64,000 nt of DNA from positions 930,848 to 994,847 of the forward strand of contig MU054220.1 of assembly GCA_013239625.1 (NCBI GenBank). Direction: 5' to 3'. Position 1 is the first letter of the stretch. Every line of letters starts with the position of its first letter. The notes under the pieces are model-generated. The model saw only the letters and a list, made by a program, of their open reading frames with translations. It was not told where the DNA came from and did not search any database. This DNA comes from Lama guanicoe. Lineage: Eukaryota. Of the stretch, positions 1 to 11,062 are shown one piece after another. The translations under genes were made by a program, and so were the position numbers.

Positions 1-1709
1 AGAAAGTTTTCAGTCAAAGGACCACTCCCAAACATAAGGGCTCACTTGACCCTCTATCAGTAGTTCAGTGCACGCTCTTCAGATCTGCATTTGTGTGTAG
101 CTTTATGTACAGTCATTTATGTGTTTTACTCCATACAGAAATACATAAAAATATAATCTCTGTCTAAAACTAACCTGTACAGACCAGACGCTCCTGTTCC
201 TTCTTTTCCTAAGACACAGCCTCTGAAATGTAAACACACTATTTTAGTTCCTAATCTCATGATCCGAATAGAAACCAGAAGGCAGACATTTACATTTCAG
301 TTATGTCAAAAGAGATTAAAGCAAGTTAAGCTAAAATCTATTGATAGCTCAAGGCAGTCCATCCTGAGGCTGCAATTTGCTTATACACATAAAACAGGTG
401 AACTCCTGGCACATTTTAAACATTATCATGCATGCATGTAAGTGATTCAATAAGACTATTTCAATGATTTCAAAATAGTGCTTCAAATTAAAAAGAACAT
501 GTTTCATATACTCAAAAAAGTTGTTAACATCAACTCCAAAGCTCAGTCTCATGTCACCTCTGTAACCTCTGAAAGGCAGTCACCTGGTGGTCCCTCTAAG
601 AAGAAGGCAGACATTGTGCAATTAAATTTTCTAGGATCATGCTCGGGTAACCGAAGTTCCAGCCCCATCCAGGATATACTTACACGGACTTCCACCTACA
701 AAAGAGCTGGGAATCATGACACATTAGGATATCAACTCAGCAAATCTAAGCCTGGAGGCAGGTAAATTAGGACCTGCAGTGGGAGCAGATCATTCAATCA
801 CTACATGAGGAGTTATTTTGATAGGACCAGAGTTTCTAATGATTGTAAAGAGAGAATTAAAACAGATGTTCTAAGTGTCCAAAGATTTATATAGGAAACA
901 ACTCTTGTGGATGACAAAGGAATTCAAATTTCATCAAAATGGGAAAGGTTGCCCCCTCCCAAAAAAGGCAGACAGATAAGCTGTTTACGAAATCATGGAA
1001 CTGTGCCAGTTAGCTGTATTTGAGTTTATTTTGTAAACACTTTCCAGTCCACATCTTACAAGAAACATCATTACTAAGATGTTCTCCTTTGGGTAGCAGA
1101 CTTGGGCTAAAAGAGGGCACGGTGCCAGTTTTAATTGGCACAGGATTTCATCATGTGCAGACTTGCATCATTTCAACGACATCCCTTTGAGGCTGTGTCT
1201 GTACTGACGGAGGCACCAATCACCACGCCAGTGAAATCCCATCTGTCCCTGCGACGATCCACTTCTCCCAGGGGCAGAGCGTCACTGGAGCCAGGCCAAG
1301 CCGACGCTCCACCCTCACAAAGCCAGGTCATGCTATTAACAGTTCAATTAATTTGTTCAACAACTAAGTTCTTCTTCAATACAAGAATGGCCACACGATT
1401 ATCTGCCTGATAATATACATGAAGAAAATCAACAGGACTTGTTCTTGGCCACCTACCTCATTCCAGGCCCAATTTCTCTATCACCTAATGTGGTGCTCTC
1501 CACGTCCTTTAAGGCTGTTATTAAAGTTGTATCACATGTATCTGCAGGAGAGTTGCCGTTATACAGAATTCAAACGTTCCTCAGCCAGAAAGAAACAAGG
1601 ACTAAAGTTTTTCTTACTTCATAACAGTTAGTGTTTTCAAATGACATGTTTTCAATTTAGAAATATTTGGGGTTATAGCCTTCATTCTTTTTCAGCTTTC
1701 AGTAGTAAA

Positions 1710-1765
1710 ATATATATATATTTATATATATATATTTATATATATATTTATATATATATATATAA
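1710..1765. repeat. (TA)n microsatellite, interrupted
   Basis: Directly visible. The paralogous site at 55746-55902 is much longer. Confidence 0.95.
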
Positions 1766-1979
1766 ATATCTTACATTTACAGTACACTTCACAGATTCCA
1801 GCTGATTCATTAGCATCATTGACCATACATTCTAGGAAGTTTCTTGAGAAAGAAGACCTGTCAGTTTTACTGAATATGGTCCTCACAGGTGATGGGCCAA
1901 CATCTGTGTTTGGATGACCTTTACTAACATTCTAAAGTTACTCCGTGCTCATAGCTAACCATTTAGACAGTAGTTGGGA

Positions 1980-2220
1980 CAGTATGCCTTAAACTTTTTA
2001 TATTATTGTCTTCCAAAGGCACTTTCTTAGGCATTCTGTTCCCTTAATCACCTCCCCCTTTAAAATAATAACACCATAATTACACTACTTTTTATGTGTT
2101 TTATATATATGTATGGGGGGGGTGTGATTTATATAGAAAAAATAGTAAGATATTTTCACTCCTCAAGAAACCATTTTTACCTTCTTGGGGACCATATTGT
2201 CCCCAGTTCAAATACATGTG
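1980..2220 (-). mobile_element. hAT-Charlie (MER113-like) DNA transposon remnant; duplicate at ~55288-55534 (+)
   Basis: The right copy begins catgtattttaaatggggacagtatggtccccaagtaggtaaaaatggtttcttgagg and ends aaaagtttaaggcatactg, resembling recalled MER113 termini. Confidence 0.55.
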
Positions 2221-5094
2221 TTAGAGTAACATACTTTTTTTTTAAATGAAGGGGGAATAATGTAGTTATTTATACTTGATCCTAAATAAAATTCTAGCTG
2301 TGTGTCAAACAATTACACAAATTTGTATCCAATTCTCTCCTGGATCATCTTCTTATAAAATGTTTCTCATCATACCCATTGCTAACAAAATTATATTTTA
2401 TAATTTATTTGTTTACTTGTTTGCTATCCATCTGTTACCCACTGGAATATAAGTTCCACACCAACACAACCCTGTTTGTATTATTCAATGTTGAATACAC
2501 AGCTCCCTTATCTCTATGACCCACTGTGGGCACTGAACAGTATTTTTTCAGTAAATTAAGTCAGTCAAAATTTCCTAAACTGAATTGACTATGGAGCCAT
2601 TTTTCCAGGAATAAAATTAACACTATGGGATAACAATGAGAAAGCCCTGTGGAATTAGTACCTAATTAGCTCTTTAAGGTGCTGTCCTTAGAATCAACAG
2701 GGTATTAATCTCCTTAGTGATTGAGCTGTTTATTTTTCCTCCAAATACCTTTCATCTAAGTGTCACTTTCTATGAATTTCATTTCTTGAGCCCATGACAT
2801 TTGACTTTTCATAATGTCCATGAAGGGTAATATATCTTCAGAAAAGAGATCATCAGATGGCTTTTCCCTGACACAAGGGGAACCAAGAGAGAGCAAGGAG
2901 CCTGGGAAATGGAGGTCAAGGGAGACCTGAAGAGAGAAAGTGCCCCGTTGCCAAAAATAAAAGAAGAATGCCCCAATGACAATCTTCACACAGCCAATAA
3001 TCAGATCTGTGTTTTGGGATTTTCACATCATGATAGGAAAATGTATTGTGAAGTGGGAAAAGTAGAGGAAGTAGAGTTTCAGAGACTTGATATTGTTGTT
3101 TAACCTCATTTTCTTCTTGTATAACGTGGAATAAAAATCTATCTAATAATAGATTCTGCTACCTTAAAAGAGTTCATGTATGTAAAGAGCCTATCAAAAT
3201 GTACACCTCATAGTCAACCATCAAAAATAGCTCACTCTCCTTACTTATTGCCTAATGTTTTCACTGAATTAAAAATACAGATTAAGCCAAAATATACTTA
3301 TACAACAAATCTAAATTTTATTTATCTGGCTAATTTTTGGAGAAATATATTTCCTTATATATATTTTTAAGAATCGGAAATAATCAGGTGGCAGATCCTC
3401 ATGAGATTCTTGATGATGAATACAAAGGAACATCTTAACATTCCTTAAAATTATTCACAAGCCAACAAAAATTAATTCACCAAAGTCAGACTGCCTTACA
3501 TTTCCTTCTTCAGTTCTTACACTTTCAAAATTTGCTGTTGACAATATAATTCGTACCTTGCTAATTTTTTTACCATAAAAGAAGGCACATGCTACTTTCT
3601 ATTGTATATAAAGAGTAAACTTTTGAAGTTATCTAATTCAGCTTCTTACAAAGATATTCAAATCCTTCTTCAACACCTTCTAACAATTGGTCCCCGAGTT
3701 TGTGTTGGAGGACACCCAGGCACAAGGAGCTCCCAAGTATCTGAAAGACTGTGGTAAATTAGACATTGTAGGCCTGGCTTATGGATATACTAACTGAACA
3801 AAATAGAAAGTTAAGAGATAGAATAATAGGTATCTAGGTATTGCAGGGTACTGTAAACAGAATGACTATTCAATAAATACTCTGGGAAGTTTTATTTATT
3901 CTAATGATAACAATGAAAGTGTACTTCCAATTCACACCATAGCTGAAAATGCATATCTCACGTGAGTTAGAAACATGAATGTAAAAGGAAAAACTTTATA
4001 AATTTAAAGAGAAGTATCTTTTTAAATGCACAGCGTGGAAGGACTTTGAGAAGTAGATGCAGAGATCTTTCATCATGATTCCAGCTTCCTCATCTCTGCA
4101 TCATAGCGTAGGGGGGAGGTCCTTGATCCCAACCTCGTTCACTCCAGTAGTCAGGTGTCAGCTCCTTCAGTTCTAATATTTTTGAAATACTTAATTCACC
4201 ATATCAGATTTCCCTCAGATTAAATTTCTAGAGTACTTTATATTTCCTTCACTGAAGAATAAATGAAACTTTATTCAATATGTGTCTGGCATTTATTTAA
4301 TATGTGTCAAATACGTGGAGGCATTAATATTGCTAAGTACACTAAATGAATCCAGTTACAAACTGAGAAAAGGATGAAGACATATTTTATGCCTTAGTAT
4401 CTATAATGTCAGTTGACTCTATCAAGAAACATACAATATCAGAGCCTTAAAAACCTGATGTCTGTATATAGTATTTGATCCCCAAAAGTGCTATAGAGCA
4501 ATTGTAAACAGAAAGTCACCTTTGATTCATCACTGAAGTCAAGAACATAGTTTACAGAGAATGAGAAAGGCATTCCTTGTGTACAACAGGATCATCTGTA
4601 CCCCAAATGTTAAACATTTGTTGCATTTAAATAGGAAATCCTGAACTCAGACAGTTTAATTTAAAATAGGCAGACTCTGGAGCTATATGTGATATGAATG
4701 ACTTAAGTATGCATTTCAACAATTGGTGGAGGCCAGTTGATCCAGATGCAAAGAACTGGGTTAAATAATTTAATTTTTCAGTCTAAACTGTATCCGAATG
4801 CACAAAATCAACTATATGCTACCATCACAGTATAAATTCAACAAAGTTTATTTCTTATGGATTTATCCTCAGCTGTGATCATGTGCTGTGAAATTTTAAA
4901 TTACTTAATTTGACCAGGACATTTATTTTTAGATTAGCATTGTTTACCCATTAGAATTTTTAATTTTAAAATTCCATTCTCTTTGATAAAAATGGAACAA
5001 GTTTTATTAGGTCGTATTTTTCTGTACAGGACAGTGATTGCTCCAGAAAAAGAAGTTGAAGTAAAACCAAAAAACTTTTGTCACCAAAGGATCT

Positions 5095-5256
5095 TAATAC
5101 ACTATGATTCTTGATTGTACCAAATATGCCACACTGATGTTGAGGGTAGGGGAGTATTATGTGTGTGTAGAGAAGGCTATATGTGAACTCTCTATATTTT
5201 CTGCTCAATTCTGTTATGAACCTGAAACTACTCTAAAAGAATAAAGTCTATTTTTA
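5095..5256 (+). mobile_element. Old LINE-1 (L1M) 3' end fragment; duplicate at ~45290-45455 (-)
   Basis: gaactctctatattttctgctcaattctgttatgaacctgaaactactctaaaagaataaagtctatt is a typical L1MB/MC 3' terminus. Confidence 0.7.
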
Positions 5257-5502
5257 ATGAGCAATATATCAACAACCAGAAAAAAAAATACAGTATGATT
5301 ACTTATACAAGAGATTATATTACAAGGGATTAAACCTATGCAATTCATTTGGTCTCAAAGGACTATAAACCATTCCACTTAGATAAAGATTGATTTTATA
5401 GCTGTTTCAGCAATAAGTAGTCTACATAACCCAAAGGAAATGATTTTTTAAGTGCAATCATTGATAATGAAAGCATTTATTGATTCTGTAATAGAATGAA
5501 CA

Positions 5503-6368
5503 TCATGTCCTACATGAAGGATACAGCCCTCTTCCTGCTAAGGTCACATTTTTACTCCAAAGTTTCTTCATTTCTTCATTTCTTCATTTCTCAGGGTGTA
5601 GACTAAGGGGTTCAACACGGGAGTTAAGAAAGTTAAAACCACAGTCATGAATTTATCAATGGGAAGGGTAGAACTAGGCCTTGTATACCAGAAGATACAG
5701 GAACAAAGAATAAAATGACCACTGTCATATGTGATGCATAGGTGTAGAAGTCTTTGTGATTTCCTCCCACACCATGCATATTAAGGGAGTGTAATATGAC
5801 CCCATAGGAAACTAAGAGAATGAAGAAGACACAACAGTGCAGATTGCCCCTCCATTAGCTATCATGGAGAGTCCAATGAGGTGGGTGTTGGTGCAAGCAA
5901 GTTTCAATAAGGGGTACATGTCACACGCAAAGTTGTCAATGACATTGTGGCCACAGAAAGGGAGCTGATGAATGAAGAGAAATTGAACCAATGAGTGCAG
6001 GAAGCCTCCAGTCCAGGCCACCAGCAGTATGAGAACATATACCCACCAATTCATGATGATTAAATAACGAAGAGGCTTACAGATGGCTACGTGTCAGTCA
6101 TAGGCCATCACCACCAGAAGAATGACTTCAACACCAGCAAACAGATGATCTATAAAGACTTGAGTCAGACAAGCCTGGAAGGAAATAGTCTTTTTCTCAT
6201 GAAGCAAGTCAGTGATCATTTTGGGAGCAATGGCAGCAGAATAGACAGTATCTACAAATGATAAATAAGCCAGAAAAAGTACATGGGGGAACCCAGGGAC
6301 CGGCTGGCCACGATGGTCACCATAATAAGCATGTTGCCCGCTATGGTCACGAGGTAGATGAGTAAGAA
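5503..6368 (-). pseudogene. OR4A15-like: OR4A15-like olfactory receptor pseudogene, 5'-truncated inverted copy of 44084-45036
   Basis: OR motifs on the minus strand ([25 protein letters not shown]). The first 28 codons are missing. TGA replaces the Arg of MAYDRY (6094-6096). Frameshifts near 6274-6278, 5830, 5700 and 5575. Confidence 0.93.
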
Positions 6369-6967
6369 AATTGGACTTCTGCAGTATTTATTGTTCAGGA
6401 AAAGAGAAATATTCACCTAGAGACCCTAAAGAAGTATCACTGAGGTTTGACACAATTAAGGACAGAGAACATCTATTTATGGTTTGATCTATTCACACTG
6501 ATAATGTAAATCACCTTAAGTGAGTCTCAAGTATTATACTTTTGTGACTTTATATGTCATGTACCTTTTCATGAAAATCCTTTCCCATCTTTTCTTGTTC
6601 TTTCACTTAAAAAAATAAACACAGCTAAATCATTGCTTCTGATAGGAAGCCTTCTCTGATTCCAGTTTAACTGACATTCCTACACTCTAAGCATTGTGTG
6701 AATATCCTTTTAATGGTACTTATTACATAGGTCTCGAATTGTCTGATCCCTTGTCATGTATCACATCATTGAGGGTAGGGAACAATGCCTTATTCAACTT
6801 GGTACTCACAATGTCAATGGCATATTGGACATGAACATACACTCCATACACTGTAATTCTTTTAATTGAATAGATAAAAAGATTAAACTTATAATTCATT
6901 TAAATGTTCACCGTTGTTTTGTAGGTAAACTGCTTCTAAGATGTGAGTCAGCTTCTGTACAGACTAA

Positions 6968-7882
6968 ATGGAACCAAGGAACAATGTAACTTACTTTGTC
7001 CTCCTGGGCCTCACACAGAATCCAAAGGAGCAGAAGGTCCTTTTTGTTATGTTCTTGCTCTTCTACATTTTGAACATGGTGAGAAACCTGCTCATTGTCA
7101 TGACCGTAACTGTCAGTAAGACCCTCAACTCACCAATGTACTTTTTTCTTGCTAGCTAGCTTAACTTTTATTGGTCTAATTTATTCCTCCTCTATTTCCC
7201 CCAGATTGATTTCAGACTTATTCTTTGGGGAAAACACCATATCCTTTAAATCTTGCATGACTCAGCTTTTTACTGAGCACTTTTTTGGTGAGTCAGAGTT
7301 CTCCCTTCTGTTGGTGATGGCCTATGACCGTTACGTGGCCATCTGTAGGCCCTTGCATTATTTGGTTATCATGAGGCAGAGGGTGTGTGTTGTGCTGCTG
7401 GTGGTGTCTTGTGTTGGAGGTTTTCTGCACTCAGTAATTCAACTTGGCACTATTTATGGGCTTCCATTCTGTGGCCCCAATGTCATTGATCACTTTATGT
7501 GTGATATGTTCCCCTTGTTGAAACTTGTCTGTACTGACACCTATGTCACTGGCATCTTAGTGGTGGTCAATGGAGGACTGATGTGCAGTATTTTTTCCTG
7601 CTCTTACTCATCTCTTATGGAGTCATCTTGCACTCTCTAAAGAATCTGAGTCAGGAAAGGAGGTGGAAAGCCCTCCAGACCTGTGTTTCCTACATCACTG
7701 TGGTTGTCTGCTTCTTTGTCTCTTGTATTTTCAAGTATGCAAGACCTGCTAAGACCTTCCCTATTGACAAATCATTGCATGTGTTTTATACAGTCATAAG
7801 CACCATGCTGAACTCATTTATCTACAGTCTGAGAAATTCTGAGATGACTAATGCTATGAAGAAACTCTGGAGAAAAAAGTGA
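6968..7882 (+). pseudogene. OR4A47-like: OR4A47-like olfactory receptor pseudogene
   Basis: Starts [24 protein letters not shown] 4-bp duplication in gctagctagc (7151-7160) creates TAG. 1-bp loss in the T-run at 7591. Degenerate motifs versus the paralog: GN>RN, SW>SC, CGSH>CVSY, PMLNP>TMLNS. Confidence 0.95.
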
Positions 7883-10640
7883 GATCAAGTAATAAATAAG
7901 TGCATTATCCATCATGAAAGAAGTAATTTTGCACTAGGACCAGTCTCCTTGGAATATGAAAGTCTTCATAAATCTGATGCAAACTTCCCTTTTCTCTGAA
8001 GAATTTGTGATAATTGTAATTCAAAATGAACTGTATCCTTCTGCTATTAATACTAGCTTTCCTGCTAAAATATAAACTCTGTAATGTCTGGCTTATCAGT
8101 GCACCTAGAAGTTTGGAATGCATTTACTGTAGGGAGTCAGTAAATAATATGTAATAAAGTAGTCAATGCAATTTTATAGAGTTTCATTAATTTTTACTTA
8201 ATTGCTGTATTTACTTTTAATTCTTTCTCATTCTTAGTTTTATGTTACTCAGATTCTTGTCTTTTATCTTCATTCTTTTTATTGTAAATTTAGAATGTTT
8301 AATGTTATACAGATTATTCTTTTTATTCAATATAACATTTTAGTGTAATATCTAATTTTTAAATTAAAAATTGAAAGGTAATAAGTAATAATAATACTAC
8401 ATATTAAAAATAGAATCTGTGCAAAATGGAATAACTTGGAATAAACCTCCTACCCGTCCCAAAATAGAGTCTTCCAGTTTTTCCAGATGCAGTCACTATC
8501 CTCTAAGATTCTTCCAATAATAATATTTGCAAAAATAAGTATATTTTCTCATATGTGTTTATGATGATGTCTCTGTGTATAAATTTTGCTATTTACTACT
8601 CAGCCTCCTGAATGTCTTCATATACCAGTCTATAGATCTAACTCATTCTCAGTTTCCTCAAACTGCTTAACATCTTTATAAAGATCACTAACACCAATGA
8701 ATCCAGTCCTCTTCATCTTTTCCACAGTCTTTTATCACAAATAATTCTGCAATGATGTCTTTTTGAAATTTTCTAAGTTTGAATTCCCAGCGGTGGAATT
8801 GTTGAGTCAATTGGTTTATGTATTTAAAATGTTGATGTTCATAGTTATTTACAAAATGCCATCCATGAGTTTGTACCAAATTCACTACTTTCCTAATTCT
8901 AGAGAATACCTTTTTATGACATTCTGAACAACCAGTGCTTGATAAACATTTGTGGTATTTGACCATCTGATGAAAGAAATTGTGTTTCATTTGTATACTT
9001 TAATTACAAATGAATATAATTGAATTTGAGCATTTATTCAAGTGTTTTAAATTACTTGTATTTTCCTCTTTCATGAATTGCCTATTAATAGATTTTATGT
9101 GTTTTATTTAATTGCTGATCTTTTTCATATTCATTTTTATAATTTAATTATAATAATAAAGAAGTTATCCAATTTACTATGTAGGTAGAATTATTACTTT
9201 TCCAGCTTGTGATTAATTTTTCTTGTTCTTATACTGTGCAGAATATTTTTGGCCATGTCAAAATATTTTAACTTTTACATAATCAAATATATCCATATTT
9301 GATAGCTTCTATGTCTTGCTTAGAATTTTCCTATTCAAATGTTACCAAAATATTCTTCCACAATTTTTCACATTTAATTTTTAAGTCTTTTTGTTATTTT
9401 ATATTCAAATTTTTTAAAAAGCTACACTTAATTTTTTTGTAAGGAGTTAAGTAGATATTACATTTTAATTATTTTTCTGGACTGACATTCCTATCAATTC
9501 ATGATTATTTTTACCCATGTCTTTGCTATTCCAGCTATGCATTCTAAAATATGGTATGAATTACTCCAATTCAAGCCTCTATTGTCTTCCATTGAGCTCT
9601 TTGTTCATGTTCCATGTAACACAGGATGTAATTACATTTGATTTAAAATACACTTTGATACCTTATCAGTCTAGGATTCCTTCATTACTATTCCTTATCA
9701 GAATTATTACTATTCTTATATATTTATGCTTTGAAATTAAGTTTCAATAAGCTAGTCTGGTAAAAACTATGTTTAGTTAGTATTTTAAATAAGATTTGAT
9801 TGAGGAAGAATTTGCATCTTTAGAGAATTCTTATTCACACACTGGTAGGTCTTAAGTCCTCTTTTATGGTAATAATATCTAGTCTATTTCCAGTATAAAT
9901 AGTTTAGTCTTTCTGAGTTTTTTATGGTGCTATTTTAATAGGATCTTATCTTCTATTACATTTTCTAAATATCTGTTCCTTCAATGTTGGACATTTTAAA
10001 AAATTTTAAAATAAGACACAATTTTCACAGTATACCATTCATCCTTTTCAGTCTAAGTTCTACAAGTTTTGATAAATACATAAGTTGTGCAATCATTATC
10101 ACAATCAACATGCAGAATGTTTCATCACCAAAAGTATTTCCCCATGACCCTCTGTAATCTCTTTCTGCCTTCATTTCCAAGTCCTGGAAAACATTTCCAA
10201 TTCTAGAGTTTTGTCTTTTTCCAGAATGCTATATAAACTGAATCATATAGCATATAATATTGTTCTCTCAGCTTTATTGAGGTATAGTTAACAACTTAAA
10301 GTTGTATATATTTCAGATGAATGATGTGATGATTTTATATGCATATACACTGTGAAATGATTACCACAGTGAAGGGAATGTTATTGTATCTTACAACTCT
10401 GCTGAATTTGTTTATTAGTTCTAACAATTTCGGGTGTAATTTATTTATGTCTTCTTTATGTAAGATCATGTCCAGTATCTAATCTTTTCAATCTGGCTTC
10501 TTGATATTAGTAGTATCATGCATTTGAGATTTATGCTTATTACTGTGTTTATCAATAGTCATTCATTTGACTGCTGAAAAGTATTTAATTTTATGGATGT
10601 ATCACAGTTTGTTTATTCATTTCTTCATTAAGATATATTT

Positions 10641-11022
10641 CTAAGTGAAGTAAGCCAGAAAGAGAAAGAAAAATACCATATGAGATCGCTCATATATGGA
10701 ATCTAAAAAACAAAAACAAACAAACAAACAAAAATAAAGCGTAAATACAGGACAGAAATAGACTCACAGACAGAGAATACAGACTTGTGGTTACCAGGGG
10801 GGTGGAGGGTGGGAAGGGATAGACTGGGATTTCAAAATTGTAGAATAGATAAACAAGATTATACTGTATAGCACAGGGAAATATACACAAAATGTTATGA
10901 GAACTCACAGAGAAAAAAATGTGACAATGAGTGTGTATATGTCCATGAATGACTGAAAAATTGTGCTGACCACTGGAATTTGACACAACATTGTAAAATG
11001 ATTATAAATCAATAAAAATGTA

Positions 11023-11061
<39 letters not shown>

Positions 11062-11062
11062 A
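10641..11062 (+). mobile_element. Young 5'-truncated LINE-1 3' end with (AAAT)n tail
   Basis: ctaagtgaagtaagccagaaagagaaag...gactcacagac...atttgacacaacattgtaaaatgattataaatcaataaaa, then (aaat)n. Absent from the paralogous site at ~20575. Confidence 0.9.

Larger units (their letters stand above)
1..3574 (-). repeat. Inverted segmental duplication, left arm part A (reverse complement of 53923-57623); runs off the window start
   Basis: Position 1 agaaagttttcagtcaaagg is the reverse complement of the sequence ending at 57623. Collinear to gtaccttgctaatt..tacc (3574) = 53923. ORF pairs 478-765/56859-57146 and 2756-2989/54518-54751 translate almost identically. Confidence 0.97.
3580..6368 (-). repeat. 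Inverted segmental duplication, left arm part B (reverse complement of 44168-46988)
   Basis: Continuous reverse-complement match from agaagg-cacatgctac (3580) = 46988 to ggtagatgagtaagaa (6368) = ttcttactcatctacc (44168). Confidence 0.97.

Noticed and set aside
478..765. 95-aa ORF with an identical twin at 56859-57146
   Set aside because: The identity follows from the near-identical duplication tract. Non-ATG start and no recognisable domain.
1200..1560. Short minus-strand peptide resemblances to bornavirus N (GVVIG, TATLLQ) and small GTPases (VGGQE)
   Set aside because: The borna-like motifs are in the wrong order, no GTPase P-loop is present, and the frames contain stops. Likely chance; BLASTX would settle it.
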